From the NCBI RefSeq assembly GCF_024502345.1, contig NZ_JALDNN010000001.1: a stretch of 64,000 nucleotides of DNA, one strand, 5' to 3'. Positions 11,913 through 22,939 of the stretch are shown piece after piece. Made by a program: the position numbers and the translations under genes. Positions within the stretch are counted from its first letter, which is position 1. The number at the start of each line of letters is the position of its first letter. Under the pieces are notes generated by a model that made no database searches, was not told the DNA's origin, and saw only the letters and a list, made by a program, of their open reading frames with translations. Source of the DNA: Escherichia coli. GTDB lineage: Bacteria; Pseudomonadota; Gammaproteobacteria; Enterobacterales; Enterobacteriaceae.

Positions 11913-11982
11913 GACTTATATCACCTGTGTTTTGCGTGAGCCTGAGCCATACTGATATTTTTCCTCGCACAAAGGACTCGGC

Positions 11983-12591
11983 ATGAAACTCGTCGGTAGC
12001 TACACCAGCCCGTTTGTACGCAAACTTTCTATTCTGTTGTTAGAAAAGGGCATAACTTTCGAATTTATTAATGAACTGCCCTATAACGCGGACAACGGCG
12101 TGGCGCAATTTAACCCGTTAGGAAAAGTGCCGGTGCTGGTGACCGAAGAGGGCGAATGCTGGTTTGATTCGCCGATCATCGCTGAATATATTGAATTAAT
12201 GAATGTCGCTCCGGCGATGTTGCCGCGCGATCCGCTGGAGTCGTTGCGGGTGCGCAAAATTGAGGCACTGGCGGATGGCATTATGGATGCTGGGCTGGTA
12301 TCGGTGCGTGAACAGGCGCGTCCAGCGGCGCAGCAGTCTGAAGATGAATTGTTACGCCAGCGGGAGAAAATCAACCGCAGTCTGGATGTGCTGGAAGGAT
12401 ATCTGGTCGATGGCACACTCAAAACCGATACGGTCAATCTGGCGACTATCGCTATTGCCTGTGCCGTCGGATATCTCAATTTCCGCCGCGTTGCGCCAGG
12501 TTGGTGTGTCGACCGCCCACACTTAGTCAAACTGGTCGAAAACCTGTTTAGCCGCGAAAGTTTTGCTCGCACCGAACCGCCAAAGGCTTGA
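11983..12591 (+). CDS. yibF: Glutathione S-transferase family protein YibF
   Basis: 202-aa ORF recognised as YibF. Confidence 0.9.
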
Positions 12592-12688
12592 TGCGCGATA
12601 TGTCCTCCTGACCCATCTCACGTTACAATCCGTGGTTATGTTAAACGCCCTTCTCCGTGTGAGAGGGCCTTGATCAGCCAGGTTTCCT

Positions 12689-14080
12689 ATGACAACCGAA
12701 ATGCGTTCCCTCTATAGTCAACTTCCGGCTATTGATCGCTTATTGCGCGATAGCTCCTTCCTTTCTTTGCGTGATACTTATGGTCACACCCGCGTGGTGG
12801 AATTGTTGCGTCAGATGCTCGACGAAGCGCGAGAAGTGATTCGTGGCAGCCAGACGCTGCCTGCGTGGTGTGAAAACTGGGCGCAAGAAGTCGATGCCCG
12901 GTTGACGAAAGAGGCGCAGAGTGCGCTGCGTCCGGTGATCAACCTGACGGGAACCGTGCTGCATACCAACCTTGGGCGAGCTTTACAGGCGGAAGCCGCG
13001 GTGGAAGCCGTTGCGCAGGCTATGCGTTCGCCAGTGACCCTCGAGTACGATCTGGACGACGCCGGACGCGGACATCGCGATCGTGCGCTGGCACAGTTGC
13101 TGTGCCGTATTACGGGGGCGGAAGATGCCTGTATCGTTAATAACAATGCGGCGGCGGTGTTATTGATGTTGGCGGCCACTGCCAGCGGGAAAGAGGTGGT
13201 GGTTTCTCGCGGCGAATTGGTGGAGATTGGCGGCGCGTTTCGTATTCCCGATGTTATGCGTCAGGCAGGCTGCACACTACACGAAGTAGGGACCACCAAC
13301 CGCACGCACGCGAATGATTATCGTCAGGCGGTGAATGAAAATACCGCACTGTTGATGAAAGTACATACCAGTAACTACAGCATTCAGGGGTTCACCAAAG
13401 CGATAGACGAAGCTGAACTGGTGGCGCTCGGCAAAGAGCTGGATGTTCCCGTAGTGACTGATTTAGGCAGTGGCTCGCTGGTCGATCTTAGCCAGTACGG
13501 TTTGCCGAAAGAGCCAATGCCGCAGGAGTTGATTGCGGCGGGCGTCAGTCTGGTGAGCTTCTCCGGCGACAAGTTGTTAGGCGGGCCGCAGGCAGGGATT
13601 ATCGTTGGTAAAAAAGAGATGATCGCCCGCCTGCAAAGCCACCCGCTGAAGCGTGCATTACGCGCGGATAAAATGACCCTCGCGGCGCTGGAAGCCACGT
13701 TGCGTCTTTATTTACACCCTGAAGCTCTGAGTGAAAAATTACCGACCCTGCGCCTGCTTACCCGCAGCGCAGAGGTCATTCAAATCCAGGCACAACATTT
13801 ACAGGCTCCCCTTGCCGCACATTACGGCGCGGAGTTTGCGGTACAGGTTATGCCATGTCTTTCGCAGATTGGCAGTGGTTCGCTGCCGGTTGATCGCCTG
13901 CCGAGCGCGGCATTAACGTTTACACCCCATGATGGACGCGGTAGCCACCTTGAGTCATTAGCCGCCCGCTGGCGTGAATTGCCAGTGCCGGTGATTGGTC
14001 GTATTTATGACGGACGATTGTGGCTGGATTTACGCTGCCTTGAAGATGAGCAACGGTTTTTGGAGATGTTGTTGAAATGA
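12689..14080 (+). CDS. selA: L-seryl-tRNA(Sec) selenium transferase
   Basis: 463-aa ORF recognised as SelA; overlaps selB start by 4 nt. Confidence 0.95.
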   Translation: MTTEMRSLYSQLPAIDRLLRDSSFLSLRDTYGHTRVVELLRQMLDEAREVIRGSQTLPAWCENWAQEVDARLTKEAQSALRPVINLTGTVLHTNLGRALQAEAAVEAVAQAMRSPVTLEYDLDDAGRGHRDRALAQLLCRITGAEDACIVNNNAAAVLLMLAATASGKEVVVSRGELVEIGGAFRIPDVMRQAGCTLHEVGTTNRTHANDYRQAVNENTALLMKVHTSNYSIQGFTKAIDEAELVALGKELDVPVVTDLGSGSLVDLSQYGLPKEPMPQELIAAGVSLVSFSGDKLLGGPQAGIIVGKKEMIARLQSHPLKRALRADKMTLAALEATLRLYLHPEALSEKLPTLRLLTRSAEVIQIQAQHLQAPLAAHYGAEFAVQVMPCLSQIGSGSLPVDRLPSAALTFTPHDGRGSHLESLAARWRELPVPVIGRIYDGRLWLDLRCLEDEQRFLEMLLK

Positions 14081-15921
14081 TTATTGCGACTGCCGGACAC
14101 GTTGACCACGGCAAAACAACCTTATTGCAGGCGATTACTGGCGTAAATGCTGACCGTCTGCCGGAAGAAAAAAAGCGCGGCATGACCATCGATCTCGGCT
14201 ATGCCTACTGGCCGCAGCCGGATGGTCGCGTGCCTGGTTTTATCGACGTACCCGGTCATGAAAAGTTTCTTTCCAACATGCTGGCGGGCGTTGGTGGTAT
14301 CGATCACGCGCTGTTGGTGGTGGCGTGCGATGACGGCGTGATGGCACAGACCCGTGAGCATCTGGCGATTTTGCAGCTGACCGGTAACCCGATGCTGACA
14401 GTGGCGCTGACCAAAGCTGATCGCGTGGACGAAGCGCGTGTTGATGAGGTTGAACGCCAGGTAAAGGAGGTTCTGCGGGAATACGGTTTTGCTGAGGCAA
14501 AACTGTTTATCACCGCAGCAACCGAAGGTCGGGGAATTGATGCCCTGCGCGAGCATCTGCTTCAGTTGCCGGAACGCGAGCACGCCAGCCAACATAGTTT
14601 CCGCCTCGCGATTGACCGCGCATTTACCGTAAAAGGTGCCGGGCTGGTCGTCACCGGTACGGCGTTAAGCGGGGAAGTGAAGGTAGGCGATTCACTCTGG
14701 CTGACTGGTGTAAATAAACCGATGCGTGTACGTGCGCTGCATGCGCAAAACCAGCCAACAGAAACCGCCAATGCCGGGCAGCGTATCGCGCTTAACATCG
14801 CGGGTGATGCGGAAAAAGAGCAGATTAACCGTGGCGACTGGCTGCTTGCCGATGTGCCGCCAGAGCCGTTCACACGGGTGATTGTCGAGCTTCAAACCCA
14901 TACACCGCTGACCCAGTGGCAGCCGCTGCATATTCACCACGCCGCCAGCCACGTCACGGGACGCGTTTCACTGCTGGAAGATAACCTTGCTGAACTGGTC
15001 TTCGACACCCCGTTATGGCTGGCAGATAACGACCGCCTGGTATTGCGCGATATCTCTGCCCGCAACACGCTGGCCGGAGCGCGCGTCGTGATGCTTAACC
15101 CGCCGCGTCGCGGTAAACGTAAACCAGAGTATCTGCAATGGCTGGCTTCCCTCGCCAGGGCACAGAATGATAGCGAAGCGTTAGCCGTTCACCTGCAACG
15201 CGGCGCGGTTAATCTTCCTGATTTCGCCTGGGCGCGCCAGCTCAACGGCGAAGGGATGCGCGAACTGCTGCAACAGCCTGGCTATATTCAGGCTGGTTAT
15301 AGCTTGTTGAATGCGCCGGTTGCCGCTCGCTGGCAACGGAAAATTCTCGGCACATTAGCGACTTATCATGAGCAACATCGCGATGAACCTGGGCCTGGGC
15401 GCGAACGTCTGCGACGTATGGCGTTGCCAATGGAAGATGAAGCGCTAGTACTGTTGCTGATTGAAAAGATGCGCGAAAGCGGCGACATCCTCAGTCATCA
15501 CGGTTGGCTGCATCTGCCGGATCACAAAGCGGGCTTCAGCGAAGAGCAGCAGGCCATCTGGCAAAAAGCAGAGCCGCTGTTTGGTGACGAGCCGTGGTGG
15601 GTGCGTGATCTGGCAAAAGAGACGGGTACCGACGAGCAGGCAATGCGCCTGACGCTACGCCAGGCGGCGCAGCAAGGAATAATTACCGCGATCGTCAAAG
15701 ATCGTTATTACCGTAACGATCGGATTGTCGAATTTGCCAATATGATCCGCGATCTCGATCAGGAGTGTGGTTCAACCTGCGCGGCGGATTTCCGCGATCG
15801 CTTAGGCGTAGGCCGAAAGCTGGCAATTCAGATTCTGGAATATTTTGACCGCATTGGCTTTACGCGTCGTCGTGGAAATGATCATTTATTGCGCGACGCA
15901 TTATTATTTCCGGAAAAATAA
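14077..15921 (+). CDS. selB: Selenocysteine-specific elongation factor
   Basis: 614 aa; GTP-binding motif [11 protein letters not shown] at N-terminus. Confidence 0.95.
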   Translation: MIIATAGHVDHGKTTLLQAITGVNADRLPEEKKRGMTIDLGYAYWPQPDGRVPGFIDVPGHEKFLSNMLAGVGGIDHALLVVACDDGVMAQTREHLAILQLTGNPMLTVALTKADRVDEARVDEVERQVKEVLREYGFAEAKLFITAATEGRGIDALREHLLQLPEREHASQHSFRLAIDRAFTVKGAGLVVTGTALSGEVKVGDSLWLTGVNKPMRVRALHAQNQPTETANAGQRIALNIAGDAEKEQINRGDWLLADVPPEPFTRVIVELQTHTPLTQWQPLHIHHAASHVTGRVSLLEDNLAELVFDTPLWLADNDRLVLRDISARNTLAGARVVMLNPPRRGKRKPEYLQWLASLARAQNDSEALAVHLQRGAVNLPDFAWARQLNGEGMRELLQQPGYIQAGYSLLNAPVAARWQRKILGTLATYHEQHRDEPGPGRERLRRMALPMEDEALVLLLIEKMRESGDILSHHGWLHLPDHKAGFSEEQQAIWQKAEPLFGDEPWWVRDLAKETGTDEQAMRLTLRQAAQQGIITAIVKDRYYRNDRIVEFANMIRDLDQECGSTCAADFRDRLGVGRKLAIQILEYFDRIGFTRRRGNDHLLRDALLFPEK

Positions 15922-15980
15922 GGAAATGATTAATTAATTTTTAAAATAAATTAATACAAATTTCTTATGATTTTAAAAAA

Positions 15981-16014
15981 AGCACATTGTTTAATGAATA
16001 CAATGTGCTTTTTA
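15981..16014 (+). terminator. Rho-independent terminator downstream of selB
   Basis: Perfect hairpin agcacattg / caatgtgct followed by a T-run, flanked by an A-run (potentially bidirectional). Confidence 0.6.
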
Positions 16015-16110
16015 TTAGATTAATTTTGATAATTAATAATAATGATCATGTTTTCGAATGAAAATCCTCAGTAAGCTGCCCACCCTTTTTTACACTTTCA
16101 GGAGTGTGTT

Positions 16111-17262
16111 ATGGCATCTTCAACTTTCTTTATTCCTTCTGTGAATGTCATCGGCGCTGATTCATTGACTGATGCAATGAATATGATGGCAGATTATGGA
16201 TTTACCCGTACCTTAATTGTCACTGACAGTATGTTAACGAAATTAGGTATGGCGGGCGATGTGCAAAAAGCACTGGAAGAACGCAATATTTTTAGCGTTA
16301 TTTATGATGGCACCCAACCTAACCCCACCACGGAAAACGTCGCCGCAGGTTTGAAATTACTTAAAGAAAATAATTGCGATAGCGTGATCTCCTTAGGCGG
16401 TGGTTCTCCACACGACTGCGCAAAAGGTATTGCGCTGGTGGCAGCCAATGGCGGCGATATTCGCGATTACGAAGGCGTTGACCGCTCTGCAAAACCGCAG
16501 CTGCCGATGATCGCCATCAACACCACTGCGGGTACGGCCTCTGAAATGACCCGTTTCTGCATCATCACTGACGAAGCGCGTCATATCAAAATGGCGATTG
16601 TTGATAAACATGTCACTCCGCTGCTTTCTGTCAATGACTCCTCTCTGATGATTGGTATGCCGAAGTCACTGACCGCCGCAACGGGTATGGATGCCTTAAC
16701 GCACGCTATCGAAGCATATGTTTCTATTGCCGCCACGCCGATCACTGACGCTTGTGCACTGAAAGCCGTGACCATGATTGCCGAAAACCTGCCGTTAGCC
16801 GTTGAAGATGGCAGTAATGCGAAAGCGCGTGAAGCAATGGCTTATGCCCAGTTCCTTGCTGGTATGGCGTTCAATAATGCTTCTCTGGGTTATGTTCATG
16901 CGATGGCGCACCAGCTGGGCGGTTTCTACAACCTGCCACACGGTGTATGTAACGCCGTTTTGCTGCCGCATGTTCAGGTATTCAACAGCAAAGTCGCCGC
17001 CGCACGTCTGCGTGACTGTGCCGCTGCAATGGGCGTGAACGTGACAGGTAAAAACGATGCGGAAGGTGCTGAAGCCTGCATTAACGCCATCCGTGAACTG
17101 GCGAAGAAAGTGGATATCCCGGCAGGCCTACGCGACCTGAACGTGAAAGAAGAAGATTTCGCGGTTCTGGCGACTAATGCCCTGAAAGATGCCTGTGGTT
17201 TTACTAACCCGATCCAGGCAACTCACGAAGAAATTGTGGCGATTTATCGCGCAGCGATGTAA
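16111..17262 (+). CDS. yiaY: Iron-containing alcohol dehydrogenase YiaY
   Basis: 383-aa ORF with Fe-ADH family features. Confidence 0.9.
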   Translation: MASSTFFIPSVNVIGADSLTDAMNMMADYGFTRTLIVTDSMLTKLGMAGDVQKALEERNIFSVIYDGTQPNPTTENVAAGLKLLKENNCDSVISLGGGSPHDCAKGIALVAANGGDIRDYEGVDRSAKPQLPMIAINTTAGTASEMTRFCIITDEARHIKMAIVDKHVTPLLSVNDSSLMIGMPKSLTAATGMDALTHAIEAYVSIAATPITDACALKAVTMIAENLPLAVEDGSNAKAREAMAYAQFLAGMAFNNASLGYVHAMAHQLGGFYNLPHGVCNAVLLPHVQVFNSKVAAARLRDCAAAMGVNVTGKNDAEGAEACINAIRELAKKVDIPAGLRDLNVKEEDFAVLATNALKDACGFTNPIQATHEEIVAIYRAAM

Positions 17263-17277
17263 TCATCATTTCCACAA

Positions 17278-17304
17278 CGGCTGGCAAATTGTCAGCCGCT
17301 TTTT
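17278..17304 (+). terminator. Terminator-like hairpin after yiaY
   Basis: cggctg-gcaaattgt-cagccg followed by cttttt. Confidence 0.5.
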
Positions 17305-17426
17305 CAACTATCTCTGTAACCCTTGCCCGTAAATTCGTGATAGCTGTCGTAAAGCTGTTACCGACTGGCGAAGATTTCGCCAGTCACGTCTACCCTTGTT
17401 ATACCTCACACCGCAAGGAGACGATC

Positions 17427-18965
17427 ATGACCAATAATCCCCCTTCAGCACAGATTAAGCCCGGCGAGTATGGTTTCTCCCTCAAGTTAAAAGCCCGCTA
17501 TGACAACTTTATTGGCGGCGAATGGGTAGCCCCTGCCGACGGCGAGTATTACCAGAATCTGACGCCGGTGACCGGGCAGCTGCTGTGCGAAGTGGCGTCT
17601 TCGGGCAAACGAGACATCGATCTGGCGCTGGATGCTGCGCACAAAGTGAAAGATAAATGGGCGCACACCTCGGTGCAGGATCGCGCGGCGATTCTGTTTA
17701 AGATTGCCGATCGAATGGAACAAAACCTTGAGCTGTTAGCGACGGCTGAAACCTGGGATAACGGCAAACCCATTCGCGAAACCAGTGCTGCCGACGTGCC
17801 GCTGGCGATTGACCATTTTCGCTATTTCGCCTCGTGTATTCGGGCGCAGGAAGGTGGGATCAGTGAAGTTGATAGCGAAACCGTGGCCTATCATTTCCAT
17901 GAACCGTTAGGCGTGGTGGGGCAGATTATCCCGTGGAACTTCCCGCTGCTGATGGCGAGCTGGAAAATGGCTCCCGCGCTGGCGGCGGGCAACTGTGTGG
18001 TGCTGAAACCCGCACGTCTTACCCCGCTTTCTGTACTGCTGCTAATGGAAATCGTCGGTGATTTACTGCCGCCGGGCGTGGTGAACGTGGTCAACGGCGC
18101 AGGTGGGGAAATTGGCGAATATCTGGCGACCTCGAAACGCATCGCCAAAGTGGCGTTTACCGGCTCAACGGAAGTGGGCCAACAAATTATGCAATACGCC
18201 ACGCAAAACATTATTCCGGTGACGCTGGAGCTGGGCGGCAAATCGCCAAATATCTTCTTTGCTGATGTGATGGATGAAGAAGATGCCTTTTTCGATAAAG
18301 CGCTGGAAGGCTTTGCACTGTTTGCCTTTAACCAGGGTGAAGTTTGCACCTGTCCGAGTCGTGCCTTAGTGCAGGAGTCAATCTACGAACGCTTTATGGA
18401 ACGCGCCATCCGCCGTGTCGAAAGCATTCGCAGCGGTAACCCACTCGACAGCGTGACGCAAATGGGCGCGCAGGTTTCTCACGGGCAACTGGAAACCATC
18501 CTCAACTACATTGATATCGGTAAAAAAGAGGGCGCAGACGTGCTCACCGGCGGGCGGCGCAAGCTGCTGGAAGGTGAACTGAAAGACGGCTACTACCTCG
18601 AACCGACGATTCTGTTTGGTCAGAACAATATGCGGGTGTTCCAGGAGGAGATTTTTGGCCCGGTGCTGGCGGTGACCACCTTCAAAACGATGGAAGAAGC
18701 GCTGGAGCTGGCGAACGATACGCAATATGGCCTGGGCGCAGGCGTCTGGAGTCGTAACGGTAATCTGGCCTATAAGATGGGGCGCGGCATTCAGGCCGGG
18801 CGCGTGTGGACCAACTGCTATCACGCTTACCCGGCACATGCTGCGTTTGGTGGCTACAAACAATCAGGTATCGGTCGCGAAACCCACAAGATGATGCTGG
18901 AGCATTACCAGCAAACCAAGTGCCTGCTGGTGAGCTACTCGGATAAACCGTTGGGGCTGTTCTGA
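17427..18965 (+). CDS. aldB: Aldehyde dehydrogenase B
   Basis: Protein begins [15 protein letters not shown], 512 aa; ORF-track entry carries a 46-codon upstream extension. Confidence 0.92.
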   Translation: MTNNPPSAQIKPGEYGFSLKLKARYDNFIGGEWVAPADGEYYQNLTPVTGQLLCEVASSGKRDIDLALDAAHKVKDKWAHTSVQDRAAILFKIADRMEQNLELLATAETWDNGKPIRETSAADVPLAIDHFRYFASCIRAQEGGISEVDSETVAYHFHEPLGVVGQIIPWNFPLLMASWKMAPALAAGNCVVLKPARLTPLSVLLLMEIVGDLLPPGVVNVVNGAGGEIGEYLATSKRIAKVAFTGSTEVGQQIMQYATQNIIPVTLELGGKSPNIFFADVMDEEDAFFDKALEGFALFAFNQGEVCTCPSRALVQESIYERFMERAIRRVESIRSGNPLDSVTQMGAQVSHGQLETILNYIDIGKKEGADVLTGGRRKLLEGELKDGYYLEPTILFGQNNMRVFQEEIFGPVLAVTTFKTMEEALELANDTQYGLGAGVWSRNGNLAYKMGRGIQAGRVWTNCYHAYPAHAAFGGYKQSGIGRETHKMMLEHYQQTKCLLVSYSDKPLGLF

Positions 18966-18989
18966 TATAAGAAGCTGGTCGCATTGGGT

Positions 18990-19085
18990 ATTCATTGCCT
19001 GATGCGACGCTTACGCGTCTTATCATGCCTACGGGAACCTGACCGTAGGCCGGATAAGGCGTACACGCCGCATCCGGCATAAACA
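18990..19085. repeat. REP/BIME palindromic elements downstream of aldB
   Basis: gcctgatgcgacgcttacgcgtcttatcatgcctac and gtaggccggataaggcgtacacgccgcatccggc, a typical inverted REP pair. Confidence 0.6.
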
Positions 19086-19509
19086 AAGCGCACGTTGTTA
19101 CAATTTACGTTTTAAACCTACGTGCGCAATAACCCAGACTACGCCAACAGAAGTGCGTTTCTGGGGCGTGTTTTGTCAGGAGTTTAATCTCGCGTTTCGA
19201 TGGTGAGCGGGCGAACCAGGCCGTAAATCACCATTGGTGATCCGAGGCCAATCAGCAATAAACGGTAGATAATTGAAGGTTTAATACGCTTAATCTGTAC
19301 TGTGGATGTTTTACTGGAGTTATTCATTAGTTTGGCCAATAGTTCCACTATTTCAATATGATAAACCTCGTCCTGTTGAAAAACCAGACAGCACATTTCA
19401 GAAAGTATATAAAAAACAATATGTCGTTATATAAATAAGGAAATTGCACTGCATCATGGCATTTCATAATATGCGTTAATTGTTCTTTTTTATATTCTTT
19501 GAGGGAAAT

Positions 19510-19833
19510 ATGTTCCTGGACTATTTTGCACTGGGAGTGCTTATTTTTGTATTTCTGGTGATATTCTATGGGATTATTATTTTACATGATATTCCCTACC
19601 TGATTGCTAAAAAACGTAATCATCCTCATGCCGACGCCATTCATGTTGCTGGTTGGGTGAGTCTTTTTACGCTGCATGTTATCTGGCCATTTTTGTGGAT
19701 TTGGGCCACGCTTTACCGCCCGGAGCGGGGATGGGGAATGCAAAACCATGACTCCTCCGTTGTGCAACTACAACAGCGTATTGCCGGGCTGGAGAAACAG
19801 CTCGCCGACATCAAATCCTCTTCTGCCGAGTAA
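19510..19833 (+). CDS. yiaW: Small inner-membrane protein YiaW (DUF3302), paralog of YibI
   Basis: Begins [21 protein letters not shown], 107 aa; near-identical N-terminal region to YibI. Confidence 0.85.
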   Translation: MFLDYFALGVLIFVFLVIFYGIIILHDIPYLIAKKRNHPHADAIHVAGWVSLFTLHVIWPFLWIWATLYRPERGWGMQNHDSSVVQLQQRIAGLEKQLADIKSSSAE

Positions 19834-19838
19834 TACTT

Positions 19839-20975
19839 ATGGATTTACTGATTATTTTGACCTATGTGGCTTTTGCATGGGCAATGTTTAAGATCTTCAA
19901 AATTCCTGTAAATAAATGGACCATTCCCACAGCGGCCCTGGGTGGCATATTTATTGTCAGTGGTTTAATTCTGTTAATGAACTATAACCATCCGTATACC
20001 TTCAAAGCGCAAAAAGCGGTTATTTCTATTCCTGTTGTCCCACAGGTGACAGGTGTGGTGATTGAAGTGACGGATAAGAAAAATACGCTGATTAAAAAAG
20101 GTGAGGTGCTATTTCGACTGGACCCGACGCGTTATCAGGCGCGGGTGGATAGGCTGATGGCGGATATCGTTACCGCAGAACATAAACAGCGGGCGTTGGG
20201 CGCAGAGTTAGATGAGATGGCGGCGAATACTCAGCAGGCAAAGGCCACGCGGGATAAATTCGCTAAAGAGTATCAGCGTTACGCACGCGGCAGCCAGGCG
20301 AAAGTAAACCCGTTTTCAGAACGCGATATTGATGTGGCGCGGCAAAATTATCTGGCGCAGGAAGCCTCCGTAAAGTCATCGGCGGCGGAACAAAAACAGA
20401 TCCAGAGCCAGCTGGATAGCCTGGTGTTGGGTGAACATTCTCAAATCGCCAGCCTGAAAGCGCAGCTCGCGGAAGCAAAATATAACCTTGAGCAGACGAT
20501 AGTGCGTGCGCCGAGCGATGGTTATGTGACCCAGGTGCTGATTCGTCCGGGTACCTATGCCGCGTCGCTGCCGCTACGTCCGGTGATGGTGTTTATACCC
20601 GATCAGAAACGACAAATCGTGGCGCAGTTCCGTCAGAACTCCTTGCTGCGCCTGGCTCCCGGCGATGATGCGGAAGTGGTATTTAACGCTCTGCCAGGCA
20701 AAGTGTTCAGCGGTAAGCTGGCAGCCATTAGTCCAGCTGTTCCCGGCGGAGCTTATCAGTCGACCGGCACCTTACAGACGTTAAACACAGCGCCGGGTTC
20801 AGATGGCGTTATCGCGACCATTGAACTGAATGAGCACACTGATTTGAGCGCTTTACCAGACGGTATTTACGCCCAGGTGGCGGTCTACTCTGATCATTTC
20901 AGCCATGTCTCGGTGATGCGCAAAGTGTTATTACGCATGACCAGCTGGGTGCATTACCTTTATCTCGATCATTAA
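19839..20975 (+). CDS. yiaV: HlyD-family membrane-fusion-like protein YiaV, paralog of YibH
   Basis: 378 aa, collinear with YibH at roughly 75 percent identity by eye. Confidence 0.85.
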   Translation: MDLLIILTYVAFAWAMFKIFKIPVNKWTIPTAALGGIFIVSGLILLMNYNHPYTFKAQKAVISIPVVPQVTGVVIEVTDKKNTLIKKGEVLFRLDPTRYQARVDRLMADIVTAEHKQRALGAELDEMAANTQQAKATRDKFAKEYQRYARGSQAKVNPFSERDIDVARQNYLAQEASVKSSAAEQKQIQSQLDSLVLGEHSQIASLKAQLAEAKYNLEQTIVRAPSDGYVTQVLIRPGTYAASLPLRPVMVFIPDQKRQIVAQFRQNSLLRLAPGDDAEVVFNALPGKVFSGKLAAISPAVPGGAYQSTGTLQTLNTAPGSDGVIATIELNEHTDLSALPDGIYAQVAVYSDHFSHVSVMRKVLLRMTSWVHYLYLDH

Positions 20976-21946
20976 TCTTCGCTTTCCGCCGCTTGTTCAG
21001 GCCGCAGTTGCTGCGACTGAGCAAGCTGGTGGCGAATTTCACGCAGCATTTCATCCAGCACATACTGGACCCGCCAGGGCTGGTATTCCCGTTTACGGAA
21101 GATAGCCACCAGATCCAGCCACCATTCATACGGGTGCTGAAAGCAGGGCACCAGCGTGCCGTCTTGCAGATCGCTCTGCACACTTTTGTCTGGCGCAAAC
21201 ACAATCCCCAGGTGATTTCGTGCCAGCTCCAGCGCCGATTGCGTGTTGTCGCAAACGTAATTTCCCTTCACGCGATAATCCCGCACCTCTTTACTCCCAG
21301 CGACGTTGAAGCGCCAGATATTCGCGTCGTCGATCATCATCGAGTCGATCAAAATACAGGAGTGATGTTCGAGTTCGTCAGGACGGCTAATGGGATGTTT
21401 CTCAAGATAGCGCTGGCTGGCATAAGCGGTTACGGCATATTGGGTAATAAAACTGGCAACCAGCGATTCATCTTTTGGTGGGGCATAGCTGATTAAAACA
21501 TCACAATCATCAGGAAATTCGACGCCTTCATAAAAGGCATTACGCTCAAGATTGCAGGTTTTTAGCGATAAGGTGATATCACCGATATCTTTAATTTTAT
21601 CGATTACATGTTTGGATAAATAGGTAATTATGCCGGTTGGGGCGTAGATGGTGACCCGACCACGTTTCTCATGCTTATAATCTGCAATAAAATTATTAAG
21701 CTGCTCGTTTCTGTCCAGCATGTCGTTGATGTACGGTAACAGCGCGGTACCAAAAGGTGTGAGCATCAGCTGCCGGGTGGTTCGGTCAAAGACTTTTAAA
21801 CCCACTTTTGATTCAAAATCAGCAAGGTATTTGCTGACGTTGGCCTGTGCGATGCCAAGTACAGTCGCGGCATGGCTGATATTTTCACTGGCAGCGATTA
21901 CCGAGATAATTTTTAACTCCCGGTACTTAAGTTGTAATTTTGTCAT
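20972..21946 (-). CDS. yiaU: LysR-family transcriptional regulator YiaU
   Basis: 324 aa with N-terminal HTH; convergent with yiaV, 4-bp stop overlap; divergent from yiaT. Confidence 0.88.
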   Translation of the reverse strand: MTKLQLKYRELKIISVIAASENISHAATVLGIAQANVSKYLADFESKVGLKVFDRTTRQLMLTPFGTALLPYINDMLDRNEQLNNFIADYKHEKRGRVTIYAPTGIITYLSKHVIDKIKDIGDITLSLKTCNLERNAFYEGVEFPDDCDVLISYAPPKDESLVASFITQYAVTAYASQRYLEKHPISRPDELEHHSCILIDSMMIDDANIWRFNVAGSKEVRDYRVKGNYVCDNTQSALELARNHLGIVFAPDKSVQSDLQDGTLVPCFQHPYEWWLDLVAIFRKREYQPWRVQYVLDEMLREIRHQLAQSQQLRPEQAAESED

Positions 21947-22069
21947 CGCAACAGCCCAATTATATATAATTTTATATATTACTATATAAATATGAATCTT
22001 GCACCGGAGAAATTGTAAGCATTACTATGCCGATTCTTTTTTATCTTATTTTAAAATGGAATACCGGAC

Positions 22070-22810
22070 ATGTTAATTAACCGCAGTATTGTGGCGTTAT
22101 TTGCGTTGCCTTTTATGGCAAGCGCAACTGCTTCTGAATTATCCATTGGTGCTGGTGCGGCTTATAATGAATCGCCTTATCGCGGTTATAATGAAAATAC
22201 AAAGGCAATTCCGCTGATTAGCTATGAAGGTGATACTTTTTATGTTCGTCAGACCACGTTAGGTTTTATTCTGTCGCAAAGTGAAAAAAATGAACTTAGC
22301 CTGACCGCATCCTGGATGCCGCTGGAATTTGACCCTGCCGATAATGACGATTATGCCATGCAACAGCTTGATAAGCGTGATAGTACGGCTATGGCGGGGG
22401 GTGCCTGGTATCACCACGAGCGTTGGGGAACCGTGAAAGCCTCTGCAGCTGCGGACGTTCTGGATAACAGCAACGGCTGGGTGGGGGAGCTATCGGTATT
22501 CCACAAAATGCAGATAGGTCGTCTGTCGCTGACACCTGCGCTGGGCGTTCTCTATTATGACGAGAATTTCAGTGACTATTACTATGGCATTTCAGAGAGT
22601 GAGTCCCGTCGTAGCGGTCTGGCAAGTTATTCCGCGCAGGATGCCTGGGTGCCCTATGTCAGCCTGACGGCAAAATACCCGATAGGAGAGCACGTCGTAT
22701 TGATGGCGAGCGCAGGATACAGCGAGCTGCCGGAAGAGATTACCGACAGCCCGATGGTTGATCGTAATGAGAGTTTTACCTTTGTCACTGGCGTGAGCTG
22801 GCGTTTTTAA
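22070..22810 (+). CDS. yiaT: Outer-membrane protein YiaT (MipA/OmpV family)
   Basis: 246 aa with signal peptide and C-terminal aromatic residue (ends SWRF). Confidence 0.85.
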   Translation: MLINRSIVALFALPFMASATASELSIGAGAAYNESPYRGYNENTKAIPLISYEGDTFYVRQTTLGFILSQSEKNELSLTASWMPLEFDPADNDDYAMQQLDKRDSTAMAGGAWYHHERWGTVKASAAADVLDNSNGWVGELSVFHKMQIGRLSLTPALGVLYYDENFSDYYYGISESESRRSGLASYSAQDAWVPYVSLTAKYPIGEHVVLMASAGYSELPEEITDSPMVDRNESFTFVTGVSWRF

Positions 22811-22939
22811 TTCACCGGTGGAAGTCGGTGCGGCTGGCCTACGCTCTCGCACCGACTTGTAGGCCTGATAAGACGTGTTAAGCGTCGCATCAGGCAATGT
22901 GCACCCTACGTTGGATGCGGCGCGAGCGCCTTATCCAAC
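22811..22939. repeat. Terminator hairpin plus REP elements between yiaT and the GH127 gene
   Basis: 11-bp stem aagtcggtgcg / cgcaccgactt (22822-22858), then REP-like gtaggcctgataagacgtgttaagcgtcgcatcaggc and gatgcggcgcgagcgccttatcc. Confidence 0.55.
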
